Source: an uncultured Anaerolineaceae bacterium (lineage in GTDB: Bacteria > Chloroflexota > Anaerolineae > Anaerolineales > E44-bin32). From it: DNA of 64,000 nt. The stretch is from contig CAZGRL010000009.1 in assembly GCA_964528155.1 (NCBI GenBank), positions 12,035-76,034 on the forward strand, read 5' to 3'. A program made the position numbers and the translations under genes. Below the pieces are notes generated by a model, which was not told the origin of the DNA, ran no database searches, and worked only from the letters and a program-made list of their open reading frames with translations. This document shows positions 35,543 to 44,388 of this stretch, piece after piece. Numbering within the stretch: position 1 is the first letter of the stretch; the number at the start of each line of letters is the position of its first letter.

Positions 35543-36676
35543 TCAGCCTGGCGGAACCGGTGTGAGCGTGGCTGTGGGTACGGTCGGCAGGGGAAAGGCC
35601 GTGTAGGTGGCGCTGGCCTCTGCCATGTCCGCGGCGGGAGGCACCTGACTCGGCTCGGCCTCGCCGACGGACGTCGCGTCGGTAGCGAGGCTTCCCGGAG
35701 CGAAGACGGTTGCCACCGCCGGTGCCGGTGTCAATGTCGGCGAGACACGCGACCAGGGAAGAAAGCCGAACCACCACGCCGCAGCCAATGCCAGGCCGAG
35801 CAAGCCCAGGATGCCGGCGAAACCGAATAACACAGGCACTATCTTCCGCCCCACTCGCGCGCGGCGACGCGCCGTCGGGACGGCGAGCAGCACGACGGTG
35901 ATGTTGTCATAGCCGCCTCGTTCTCTTGCCAGTTTAACAAGTTGGGCCGCGGCCTCTCTCGGTCCCTTCGTCGCCAGGGCCAGGCGGATGTCGCTGTTCT
36001 TGACCAGGTCGGTCAGCCCGTCGGTGCACGCCAGGATCTGATCGCCAGGCTTGAGAGTGAGCCCCTGATTTGATTTAGATTTTTCGTCCGTTTCGTCCGC
36101 CGACAATCGAAGACGCGTATCCACCGCAGGGTCCTGCGCACCGCCGATATGGCGGCGCAAGACGTGCACGTTGGGGTGATCCTTCACCTCCTCCGGCGAG
36201 ATGATGTCGTGATCGAGCGCGTCTTGGATCCACGTGTGGTCGATGTTGATCTGGTGTAGCGTCCCCTCGCGCAGCAAATAGATACGGCTGTCGCCGACCG
36301 TCGCAGTAAACAGCCTATCCCCGATGATCCAGACGACGGCCACGGTGGAGCCCATCCCGGCCAGTTCAGGCTTCTCGCGCGCCGCGCGGGTGACGGCTCG
36401 GCCGGCCTCTATGATCGCCGATCGAAGCTGGTCGACTGGCTCGTGCGCGCTGGATGCCGATAGAACCTTGACCGTCGTGTCGACGGTGAGTTGGGCCGCG
36501 ACCTCACCGGCCTGGTGGCCGCCGATGCCGTCGGACACGACGCCCAGGATCGACGGCGCTCCGTCGGGCTCAACGGTGTATGTGGTCACCGAGTAGCGGT
36601 CTTCGTTGTTCTTTCCGGTCTCCCCAGGGTGGGTCAGGGCGACGGCGGTGACGTGCGAGCGCTGACTGGTGATCAT
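35543..36676 (-). CDS. PP2C-family Ser/Thr protein phosphatase with C-terminal TM anchor and Pro/Thr-rich tail
   Basis: NEDRY, VVSDGIGGHQAGEVAA, VGDSRIYLL, ACTDGLTD and GGYDNITVVLL. The start ATG overlaps the stop of the upstream FHA gene (ATGA). Confidence 0.85.
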   Translation of the reverse strand: MITSQRSHVTAVALTHPGETGKNNEDRYSVTTYTVEPDGAPSILGVVSDGIGGHQAGEVAAQLTVDTTVKVLSASSAHEPVDQLRSAIIEAGRAVTRAAREKPELAGMGSTVAVVWIIGDRLFTATVGDSRIYLLREGTLHQINIDHTWIQDALDHDIISPEEVKDHPNVHVLRRHIGGAQDPAVDTRLRLSADETDEKSKSNQGLTLKPGDQILACTDGLTDLVKNSDIRLALATKGPREAAAQLVKLARERGGYDNITVVLLAVPTARRRARVGRKIVPVLFGFAGILGLLGLALAAAWWFGFLPWSRVSPTLTPAPAVATVFAPGSLATDATSVGEAEPSQVPPAADMAEASATYTAFPLPTVPTATLTPVPPG

Positions 36677-38547
36677 GGCTGGTTTCCCCGCGACTCGGCC
36701 TCACCGTCGAGTGGTCGGACGCGTATCTCGCGCGGCGGGGGCGGGGAAGCCAACCGGAAACGCAACCCCACCCGTCCGAGGTGAATGAGGTCCTCATTTG
36801 CAAGTTGGGTGCCATCGTCCGCTACGGGCTTGAAGTTGATCCATGTGCCTGCGACGGAATCCTGGTCGCGCAGCAAGTAGCCTCCCCCGGCCAGCCGAAT
36901 CATCCTGGCATGCATCCCGCTGACGGAAGGATCGTCGAGAACAATGCCTGCCAGCGACGCGTCTCGCCCCAGCACGACGTCGACCCCGGTCAGAGGCAGG
37001 GCTCTGCCCTCTTGACCTCGATTGTCGACTGGGACGAGCACGGCCTCGACGGCCGTCTCGGAGACACGCTTCTGCATGCTGGCCCTGCGTTTCGTCGCCG
37101 GGAGGCCGGCGCCTTGCCTCCGGCTGCCGCCCGATGCGATCTGCCTGCGTCCAGCCGACATCAGACTGGCCGCCAGGGCCACTCCCAACACCAGGATGCC
37201 GAGCGCAGCCGCGATCGATCCCAGCGCGGGCCGAAGCGCTGTCAGACCTCGTGGAGGTGGCCGGACCTCGATTTCGAGCCGAGTTGGCTCCGAAGTCGAG
37301 GAAAGGCCGAGACTATCCTGAGCCTCGACGCGCAATGTGTGGCTGCCGCTCTCGACGAATCGCGTGAGGTCGAGGCTGAAACGGTCGAACGGCGGCGCGT
37401 CGAGCACACTTGCCGGCTGATCATCGACATAAAGGGTGGCCAGAGTGAGCGGCCGAGGGTGCCCGTCGGGGAAGTCGACCAGGATGCGTAAATCCTGTGT
37501 CGTGGGGGGAAGCTGTTCGATGGCCAGGGATGGATCGTCCGCCTCGCGCACGATCTGGGAGGGGGGCTGAATGAAGCTGACTTGCGGCGGCAGGATCTGC
37601 ACCTGATAGCTTTCCTCCAGGCTGGCCGCGGCCCCTCCCGGGACCTGCACCTGGACCTCGACTTGGTGAGGCCCGGAAGTGCTGGCCTGGGAGGTGTAGA
37701 TAAGGCTATAGATGTAGCGCCGTCCGATGACCTTTTCCGCCAACGCCTGTAGCCCCTGACCCGGATCGAACACGCTGAAGGCGCCCCCAGTCTGGAGCGC
37801 CAACTGCCTCATCCGTTCAGCCCCGGGCGTGTCAATCGCCTCCGGAGGCCCGACCAGGACCGGGTAGATCGCCGTGGCAGTCTGCCTGGCACGCGTCACG
37901 ACGTTCTCCATCAAGACATCCGTCAGACCGTCCATCGGTGGAGAGAAAACCACGAGCGAGCCCGGCATTCCCTCGTTCGGCGGCGGATCCGCCATGTAGC
38001 CCAACGCCAGGATGGTGAAATCGTAGCCGGAGGGCTCCTCGGCGAAGGCAGGCTGATGCGCCGTCAGGGCCGAACTGAGGGTTGAGGCAGAGGCGTGGAT
38101 CGCCAACGGCCCCTCCGATGTCACCAGGGACATGTCATCCAACTCATAGCCGGCGACGCCGGGACCGGCCCACCAGTCTAACAAGGCCTGGCGAACGAAA
38201 TCGAAGCGCGTCCGGCCCTGTGAGTCTCGGATTCGCAAGGCCCGGCCGGTGAGGATCGCAAAGATCTGCCGGGAACCGATCTCGGCCTCGCTGACACTCG
38301 CGCCCGGGCGCGGGGATCCGTCCTCGCTGACGGCGAAGTCCTCCGCGGTGAGGCCGGGGATCCGCAGACCTTCACCGTCGGCGACCGTCAGCGAGAGGCT
38401 CACGGTCGGAAATCCTCCTACGGCTATGGAAGAGACACCGAGGCTGACCGGTGTCTGGGCCTGCGCGGCGAAATGAAGCGCCCCTCCCACCAAGATGAAG
38501 AGCAAGCCGAGGCCCAAAGATCGTCGCTCTAGTCGCATCATGGGCAC
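36673..38547 (-). CDS. FHA-domain membrane protein with extracytoplasmic vWA-like region
   Basis: Signal/TM at the N-terminus and a mid-protein TM segment (LGSIAAALGILVLGVALAASLM). The C-terminal FHA domain reads VVLGRDASLAGIVLDDPSVSGMHARMI...YLLRDQDSVAGTWINFKPV. Confidence 0.8.
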   Translation of the reverse strand: MPMMRLERRSLGLGLLFILVGGALHFAAQAQTPVSLGVSSIAVGGFPTVSLSLTVADGEGLRIPGLTAEDFAVSEDGSPRPGASVSEAEIGSRQIFAILTGRALRIRDSQGRTRFDFVRQALLDWWAGPGVAGYELDDMSLVTSEGPLAIHASASTLSSALTAHQPAFAEEPSGYDFTILALGYMADPPPNEGMPGSLVVFSPPMDGLTDVLMENVVTRARQTATAIYPVLVGPPEAIDTPGAERMRQLALQTGGAFSVFDPGQGLQALAEKVIGRRYIYSLIYTSQASTSGPHQVEVQVQVPGGAAASLEESYQVQILPPQVSFIQPPSQIVREADDPSLAIEQLPPTTQDLRILVDFPDGHPRPLTLATLYVDDQPASVLDAPPFDRFSLDLTRFVESGSHTLRVEAQDSLGLSSTSEPTRLEIEVRPPPRGLTALRPALGSIAAALGILVLGVALAASLMSAGRRQIASGGSRRQGAGLPATKRRASMQKRVSETAVEAVLVPVDNRGQEGRALPLTGVDVVLGRDASLAGIVLDDPSVSGMHARMIRLAGGGYLLRDQDSVAGTWINFKPVADDGTQLANEDLIHLGRVGLRFRLASPPPPREIRVRPLDGEAESRGNQP

Positions 38548-38799
38548 ATTTTAGCATGCGGCGGTTATCGCCCACGCCGTCCTGGCCGTCGCTGGTCGCC
38601 CCGGAACTCCAGGGCCTGATGGGCGAGACCCTTGGCGGTCCGACCACGGCCGATGCCCCGATCATCCTCGTGAGGTATCGACGGAGGATGAAAGGACCGG
38701 GAGGCGTCATTCCGCTGTTTGCATTCGGCTTACAAAAACGCGCAAGGAGTCGATGAGGCTGTACTATCCGCATGAAGGACGAGAGAGATAGGGGCGACC

Positions 38800-38973
38800 A
38801 TGAGCGTACAAACCGATCGGATCGTACAAGACATGAGTTTCACCGTCGAAGCCGCGGAAGCGCCTCTGACCAGCGGCGAGCGCGCAGTCCGCTGGGTCAT
38901 GATCGTCGGTTTCATCTCAATCTTGATCCTTGAAGCCTGGCTGCTCTGGCAGGTTTGGAGTTTGTGGGCTTGA
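38800..38973 (+). CDS. Possible small membrane protein (57 aa), absent from the ORF track
   Basis: The ORF runs from the ATG at 38800 to the TGA at 38971-38973: MSVQTDRIVQDMSFTVEAAEAPLTSGERAVRWVMIVGFISILILEAWLLWQVWSLWA. It has one clear TM helix. The overlapping 83-aa minus-strand ORF looks non-coding. Confidence 0.3.
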   Translation: MSVQTDRIVQDMSFTVEAAEAPLTSGERAVRWVMIVGFISILILEAWLLWQVWSLWA

Positions 38974-39087
38974 GGAGCCAATCACCCGGGGTGATAGGGC
39001 CGGACTGCCGAGCCCCTTGCCCCGCATCTTGCTGGCCAGGAGGTCCCTGATTTCCTTCAGGTGTACCTCTTAAGCCTCCCTCCGGCT

Positions 39088-39121
39088 GACCCTCCCGCGG
39101 TACCCCACCAGCGGGAGGGTC
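39088..39121. terminator. GC-rich hairpin downstream of the minus-strand membrane-protein gene
   Basis: GACCCTCCCGC (39088-39098) pairs with GCGGGAGGGTC (39111-39121), with a 12-nt loop. It lies 33 nt downstream of the stop at 39154. Confidence 0.45.
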
Positions 39122-39153
39122 AATTTAACCGGAAGAGTCGATAGCGATCGGTC

Positions 39154-40089
39154 TCAAGCGACAGGTGCGGGCACAGCCGGCATGGCGTCCGGCATCATCC
39201 CCGGTCGTCCGGTCAGCCGCCGATATGTCAGAGTCCAGGCCCCCATGACATAGGTGGTCAGGATCCCGTTCAACACAATCAGGATCGGGATGTACAGGAC
39301 CAGGCAAATGCCCCCAACGAGTAGCCCGGTCCCCAGCGCGGATTGTGTCCCCAGAGCCAGGGCTGTGATCACCGGGACCAGGACAAGGATCAACGGAGCG
39401 GCGAACAAGAGCCCCACGATGGCGCTCCCGAGCACCAGCATCACCCCCATGACCAGGACAGGCCCGACGTTGTTCCGGATCACCTCCCAGGCCCGGGCGA
39501 AGGCCTTGAAGACGTCGAGATCCTCCACCACGATGGCGACAGTGGCAAGGGTCACATACACCCCGGCGGCAACCAGGAGCGGGATGCCGATGCATAGCAG
39601 GCAGAAGATGCCAAGGCCGAATGTGAGAATGGTGATGGTGATGAAGCCGATGGCGACAATCACGCCGGCGATGAGGAGCAACAATCTCAGGCCGAGGATC
39701 CTCCAGAAGAAGTGCGTGCCCATGCCAAAGGCCTCGGCCAGGTTGACATCCGCTCCTTCGTCGGCCTGGTTGAAACCTGCGATCAAGCCGGCCTGACCGA
39801 TCACGCCCAGAACTAGGAAAATCAGGGCCAGGACGAGCAGGAGTGAGACGATGACAAGGGCGGCGATGATCAGCGTCTCTTCGGGGATGTTGTTGAAGAA
39901 GTGCTGAAGACCATTGAGGCCTCCGCTGCCCAGATCTCCCTGGATGCTGCTCGAGGCCCGGCTCCCGCTGCCTCCGCCCCCTCCGTTGCCGCCGTTCCCG
40001 CAGGCGGCCAGAATGCCCAGAACCCACAATCCCTTGTACTTCCAGGTGATTTCCCACGTCCTTTTCAGGACCGCTCCATAATCCATCAT
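39154..40089 (-). CDS. Polytopic membrane protein of unknown function with Gly-rich extracytoplasmic loop
   Basis: The N-terminus is YGAVLKRTWEITWKYKGLWVLGILAA, followed by GNGGNGGGGGSGS and then about 6 TM helices. The alternative minus-frame ORF (39125-40057) is Arg/Pro-rich junk. Confidence 0.7.
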   Translation of the reverse strand: MMDYGAVLKRTWEITWKYKGLWVLGILAACGNGGNGGGGGSGSRASSSIQGDLGSGGLNGLQHFFNNIPEETLIIAALVIVSLLLVLALIFLVLGVIGQAGLIAGFNQADEGADVNLAEAFGMGTHFFWRILGLRLLLLIAGVIVAIGFITITILTFGLGIFCLLCIGIPLLVAAGVYVTLATVAIVVEDLDVFKAFARAWEVIRNNVGPVLVMGVMLVLGSAIVGLLFAAPLILVLVPVITALALGTQSALGTGLLVGGICLVLYIPILIVLNGILTTYVMGAWTLTYRRLTGRPGMMPDAMPAVPAPVA

Positions 40090-40206
40090 TCCCTCCTCAA
40101 CGGGTGCCCCTTCAGGAGAAAGGGTCAGCTCCTCGCCCTGTCCGAGACCCTGGTCAACTGCGAACAGTCGGACCTAGCTCACACAGGCATCGCCAAGCCG
40201 GCTCGG

Positions 40207-41739
40207 TTACTCCCATTCGATCGTCGCCGGCGGCTTGCTGGTGATGTCATACACAACCCGATTCACCCCGGCGACCTCGTTCACAATCCGATTGCTGATC
40301 CGCGCCAACAGCTCCGCCGGCAACCGGGCCCAGTCGGCGGTCATGAAGTCGTCGGTTGTCACGGCACGCAGGACGACGGTCTCGCCGTATGTGCGCTGAT
40401 CTCCCATGACCCCGACCGAACGAACCGGGAGCAGCGCCACAAACGCTTGTGCCGTCTCGCCCTTGAGCGCGCCGGCCTGGATCAATTCGTCTGTAGCGAC
40501 TTTATCCGCGGCCCTCAGGCGCGATAGTCGCTCCTGGCTGACTTCTCCCAGACAACGAACGGCGAGACCCGGGCCGGGGAACGGCTGCCGCCAGATGAGG
40601 GATTCCGGCAAACCCAATTCGAGGCCAACTGCCCGGACCTCATCCTTGAACAAGTACCGCAACGGCTCGACCAGTTCGAAGTTCATGTCTCTCGGAAGGC
40701 CGCCGACGTTGTGATGGGTCTTGATCCGGGCTGCGACCCGCCGGTCGGGTGCGCTTGATTCGACCACGTCCGGGTAGATTGTGCCCTGAACCAAGAAGGG
40801 CGGGTCCCCGAGGGCGGCGGCCTGTTCTTCGAAGATCCGAACGAACTTCTCACCGATGACCTTGCGCTTGGCTTCGGGGTCGGTGACGCCCGCGAGCGCT
40901 TCCAGGAAGGTCTCGGCGGCGTTGACGGCGACCAGGCGCGCTCCGATGATCTGGCGGAATACATCCACGACGGCCTCGGGCTCGCCCGAGCGCAGCAGTC
41001 CGGTATCGACGAAGATACAGTTGAGATGGTCGCCGACGGCCCGCTCGACCAGAGCCGCGGCGACCGATGAGTCAACCCCGCCGCTGACAGCGGCCAGCAC
41101 CTGCTCGTCCCCCACCTGGTCGCGAATCCGGTCGATCGCCTGCTCGATGATTGATCGGGGAGACCACTCTGCCCTGGCCAGGCAAACGTCGAACAGAAAG
41201 CCGCGCAAGATCACCGCACCGTCCGGTGTATGCCGGACCTCTGGATGGAACTGAAGACCGTATCTTCCACTGGCGACATCGGCCATGGCGGCCAGCGGCG
41301 AGTTGTCGGAGTGGGCCAGGGGGGCAAAGCCGGGTGGGAGGACCTCGATGCGATCCCCGTGAGACATCCACACACGCAGGCGTCGCCGCGGCAAGACAGG
41401 GTTTTCCCGGTCGACCTCGATCTCAGCCTGTCCGTACTCGCGCTCCGCCGAGGCTGCCACACGACCACCCAGCGCGTGGGCCATGGCTTGCATGCCGTAG
41501 CAGATCCCGAGGATGGGGAGGCCCAAACCGAAGACATACGCGGGGGCTTGAGGCGCGCCCGGTTCATAGACCGAAGCGGGCCCGCCGGAGAGGATGAAAC
41601 CTTTGGGTTGGATCTGTAACACGTCGTCGGGCGGAGTGTCGTAGGGGAAGAGCTCGCAGTACACACCGGCTTCCCGGACGCGGCGTGCAATGAGCTGCGA
41701 GTATTGGGAGCCGAAATCGAGGATGGCGATTGAGTCCAC
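40207..41739 (-). CDS. guaA: GMP synthase (glutamine-hydrolysing)
   Basis: GATase domain (ILGICYGMQ), ATP-PPase SGGVDSSV, and the C-terminal dimerisation domain ending PPATIEWE. Confidence 0.95.
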   Translation of the reverse strand: MDSIAILDFGSQYSQLIARRVREAGVYCELFPYDTPPDDVLQIQPKGFILSGGPASVYEPGAPQAPAYVFGLGLPILGICYGMQAMAHALGGRVAASAEREYGQAEIEVDRENPVLPRRRLRVWMSHGDRIEVLPPGFAPLAHSDNSPLAAMADVASGRYGLQFHPEVRHTPDGAVILRGFLFDVCLARAEWSPRSIIEQAIDRIRDQVGDEQVLAAVSGGVDSSVAAALVERAVGDHLNCIFVDTGLLRSGEPEAVVDVFRQIIGARLVAVNAAETFLEALAGVTDPEAKRKVIGEKFVRIFEEQAAALGDPPFLVQGTIYPDVVESSAPDRRVAARIKTHHNVGGLPRDMNFELVEPLRYLFKDEVRAVGLELGLPESLIWRQPFPGPGLAVRCLGEVSQERLSRLRAADKVATDELIQAGALKGETAQAFVALLPVRSVGVMGDQRTYGETVVLRAVTTDDFMTADWARLPAELLARISNRIVNEVAGVNRVVYDITSKPPATIEWE

Positions 41740-41745
41740 AGACGA

Positions 41746-42318
41746 TCAGTCGCCGAACACGATCTTGCCGTCGTCCATGTTGGTGATCACCGCCAGCGCC
41801 TCGATCGGCACGCCTACCGAGGAGAGCAGCTCCCTGCCACCCTCGAAGCGCTTCTCCACCAGTGCTCCGACACCTACGACGGTCGCCCCGGCTGCCTGGG
41901 CGAGGCGGACCAATCCCATGATCGTCTGGCCTGTCGCCAGGAAGTCATCGATGATAAGCACCCTCTCCTCGTGACCGAGGTACTCGGGCGAGACGATCAA
42001 CTCGACCATTCGCCCCTTTGTGTGCGAAGGCGCAAGAGTGAGGAAGATCTGGTCGGGCATGGTGATGGGTTTCGTCTTTCGGGCGTAGACAACAGGAACT
42101 GAGAGGTACATCGCCGTCGTCAGGGCGGGGGCGATCCCGGAAATTTCCGCCGTGAGGACCTTGGTGGGGGAGACACTGCCGAATCTCTGAGCGAGCTCGC
42201 GGCCGCACGCGTTCATCAAGTTCGGATCGACCTGGTGATTGATGAACCCGTCCACCTTGAGAATGCCGCCGCCCAGGTTCCGGCCGTCGGTTAGGATCCG
42301 AAGTCGAAGTTCATCCAT
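41746..42318 (-). CDS. xpt: Xanthine phosphoribosyltransferase
   Basis: Collinear with Bacillus Xpt as I recall it: ILKVDGFINHQVDP, the PRPP loop VLIIDDFLATGQT, and VEKRFEGGRE. Confidence 0.85.
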   Translation of the reverse strand: MDELRLRILTDGRNLGGGILKVDGFINHQVDPNLMNACGRELAQRFGSVSPTKVLTAEISGIAPALTTAMYLSVPVVYARKTKPITMPDQIFLTLAPSHTKGRMVELIVSPEYLGHEERVLIIDDFLATGQTIMGLVRLAQAAGATVVGVGALVEKRFEGGRELLSSVGVPIEALAVITNMDDGKIVFGD

Positions 42319-42353
42319 TGTGGGTGTCCCGAGTGGAAAGTCGGCTGAAAGTC

Positions 42354-42382
42354 ATTGTACAACGGCGGCGAAATGGAGCCAA
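42354..42382 (-). promoter_or_regulatory. Sigma70-like promoter for xpt-guaA (TTGGCT-17-TACAAT)
   Basis: On the minus strand, the -35 TTGGCT is at 42382-42377 and the -10 TACAAT at 42359-42354, separated by a 17-nt spacer. The xpt ATG is about 35 nt downstream. Confidence 0.45.
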
Positions 42383-42466
42383 CGTCGTGCTCGACGAGGA
42401 AGGCACGCCTGACCATTTCTTCTCTCACGGTGCAGGAGATATCCCATCTTGAGGCACACACTCTGT

Positions 42467-42509
42467 GGGGGGCGAAGGGGAGAAAGTGCGTTTACCCCCC
42501 TTCGCCCCC
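42467..42509. repeat. GC-rich 13-bp hairpin related to the palindrome family
   Basis: GGGGGCGAAGGGG (42468-42480) pairs with CCCCTTCGCCCCC (42497-42509). It is followed by CCCCCCCATCCCTCCTCC, which resembles the 2632-2660 sequence. Confidence 0.5.
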
Positions 42510-42768
42510 AGACCCCCCCATCCCTCCTCCGCAAATGGGCATTGTTGGACCGCTCCACATGAGCGTGGTCTCGGCCATCCCTGCGTGCAGCCTGCCTTTG
42601 GCCCTGCAACAGCTAGACTCAACAAACGTCCCCATGGCCCAGGCGCAGACCGGCTCCAGTAGAGGCGGCCGAGTAAGCGCTCTGGGGCAACAACCGCTTT
42701 CCGATGTGGCCGAAGGTCCCGCATGAGCTCGCGGCAACGCGGGGAGACACACGGCGTCTGCGGCGCGC

Positions 42769-42811
42769 TTGACATAGAACGGATGTTCCGCTAGAATGAG
42801 AACGAATGTGC
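42769..42811 (+). promoter_or_regulatory. lexA promoter (TTGACA-17-TAGAAT) with two overlapping Cheo-type SOS boxes
   Basis: The -35 is at 42769-42774 and the -10 at 42792-42797. A perfect GAACGGATGTTC (GAAC-N4-GTTC) lies at 42777-42788 inside the spacer. A second box, GAACGAATGTGC (one mismatch), lies at 42800-42811 over the expected TSS. Confidence 0.7.
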
Positions 42812-42872
42812 GGCGGGAACAGCGGGCCGGGCCGCTCCAGGGGATGCCCAGCGACCGCTGAAGGAGGAATGC

Positions 42873-43532
42873 ATGGCCAGAGGCAAACTGTCGGATCGCC
42901 AGAGCCGGATGGTCGAGTTCATCCACAGTTTCAGTGAGGACAACGGATACCCGCCTTCGATCCGGGAGATCGGAGAGGCGGTGGGCATCTCATCCACCTC
43001 GGTTGTCAATTACAACCTCAACCGACTTGTCGAGGAGGGCTATCTCGACCGCGACCAGAACGTCTCCAGGGGGATCCGGTTGAAGGACAAGTTCGACCGG
43101 GCGACCGAGCGCTTAGCGCAAGTCGTGAGAGTGCCTCTTGTGGGCCGCATCTTCGCCAGCGAGCCGGTGCCTCTCCCAAGTACGGACTCACCGATGTTCG
43201 GGGCGGACGAGGCCATCGATATCGCCAGAGGCCTGCTCACCGAAGAGGAGGGCTTGTTCGCCCTTCAAGTCAAAGGCGACTCGATGATCGACGCTATGGT
43301 CAGCGATGGAGACATCGTGGTCATGCGACATGCCCCAGAATGGCGCAACGGGGACATGGTCGCCGTGTGGCTGAGCGATCGTGAGGAGACAACCCTCAAG
43401 TACATCTACCGCGAGGGTCGCAGGGTCCGCCTGCAGCCGGCCAATCCGACGATGAATTCGATCATTGTTGAAGATCCCCGCACGCTCGAAGTGCAGGGGA
43501 AGGTCATGCTGGTCGTTCGACAGCTCAACTGA
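42873..43532 (+). CDS. lexA: LexA repressor
   Basis: N-terminal wHTH (YPPSIREIGEAVGISSTSVVNYNLNRLVEEGYL), an AG-type cleavage region, and an S24 peptidase domain with GDSM. AAGGAGG lies 6 nt upstream. Confidence 0.9.
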   Translation: MARGKLSDRQSRMVEFIHSFSEDNGYPPSIREIGEAVGISSTSVVNYNLNRLVEEGYLDRDQNVSRGIRLKDKFDRATERLAQVVRVPLVGRIFASEPVPLPSTDSPMFGADEAIDIARGLLTEEEGLFALQVKGDSMIDAMVSDGDIVVMRHAPEWRNGDMVAVWLSDREETTLKYIYREGRRVRLQPANPTMNSIIVEDPRTLEVQGKVMLVVRQLN

Positions 43533-43559
43533 CCGAGGCACCGACAATCATCGAGACCG

Positions 43560-43604
43560 GACAGAAAAGAGCCCCCGGACGCGCTCCGGGGGCTCTTTTC
43601 TGTC
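43560..43604. terminator. Bidirectional intrinsic terminator between convergent lexA and the methyltransferase gene
   Basis: A perfect 20-bp stem, GACAGAAAAGAGCCCCCGGA (43560-43579) with TCCGGGGGCTCTTTTCTGTC (43585-43604), and a 5-nt loop. The GC-rich core is flanked by an A-tract and a T-tract, so it reads as stem plus U-tract on both strands. Confidence 0.8.
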
Positions 43605-43645
43605 GCCCTCCTGTTCCGCTTCGACCTGCGAAGGCTCCACATTGC

Positions 43646-44386
43646 TCAAGTGGATGCGGAAGCGATGATCCTTGGCGAGCCGCGTTCGTAGGGAGACCGC
43701 TGGAAGTCAGCGAAGAATTCGATCGACTCAAAGCCGGCGGACGAGAGCAATCCGGAAAGCGCGTCCGGGCCGCGCAGGTGATAGGTCACAGGGATCTCAG
43801 TCCGTTCGACCCGGCCGTCGGGAAAGAGCTCGTCATAGAGCCAGCTCACATGGACCAGCGGCCCATCGACGCGTTCGAGCGAGCTGACCTGAACCGGATT
43901 CCCGCTCTCGAGATCTTCAAACGCCGAACACAATTCCGGGTCGTCCGTCAGGTTCGCCTGTTCCGCCGACAGGGCTGGAAGATCAAGAACCAATCGGCCT
44001 CCGCGGTGCAGATGACGCGAGGCGCAGGCCGCGGCCTGTTGAAACTCATCGTCGGGCAGGAAGGCGAATGTGTTGCATGGGGAGATCACGAGCGGGAAGA
44101 ATCTGCCCAGCGTGTAGTCCCGGATGTCGGCCTGGTGGAGTGAGACCAGGTGGCTGATGTCCGCCGAGATGTGAGCCGCCGCCCTGACCAACATCCCCGG
44201 GTCGTGATCGATCCCGACGACCGGGATGCCGGCGTCGGCCAGAGTGCGCAACACCCTACCATAGCCACACCCCAACTCGAGCACGGGCCCGTGGCATTCT
44301 CGCGCCAGCTCGAGCCAGAACGAGATGTCATCGTTGTATTGAGCGTACTGCGCTTCGAAATAGCGCGGGAAATCGGCGGAGCCCAT
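43646..44386 (-). CDS. Class I SAM-dependent methyltransferase
   Basis: Motif I VLELGCGYGR and motif II VVGIDHDPGM. The ATG at 44386 lies 2 nt after the upstream gene's stop. Confidence 0.75.
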   Translation of the reverse strand: MGSADFPRYFEAQYAQYNDDISFWLELARECHGPVLELGCGYGRVLRTLADAGIPVVGIDHDPGMLVRAAAHISADISHLVSLHQADIRDYTLGRFFPLVISPCNTFAFLPDDEFQQAAACASRHLHRGGRLVLDLPALSAEQANLTDDPELCSAFEDLESGNPVQVSSLERVDGPLVHVSWLYDELFPDGRVERTEIPVTYHLRGPDALSGLLSSAGFESIEFFADFQRSPYERGSPRIIASAST

Positions 44387-44388
44387 CC

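Noticed and set aside
39125-40057. A 310-aa minus-strand ORF in a different frame from the membrane-protein gene.
   Set aside because: It is Arg/Pro/His-rich with no hydrophobic segments. The 39154-40089 frame gives a coherent polytopic membrane protein.
42319-42465. A purine (guanine/xanthine) riboswitch upstream of xpt-guaA.
   Set aside because: The reverse-complemented leader lacks the UAUAAU...GGAUAUGG...GUUUCUACC...CCGUAAAU...CUAUG core. A plain TTGGCT-17-TACAAT promoter sits only about 35 nt from the ATG, which leaves no room for an aptamer.
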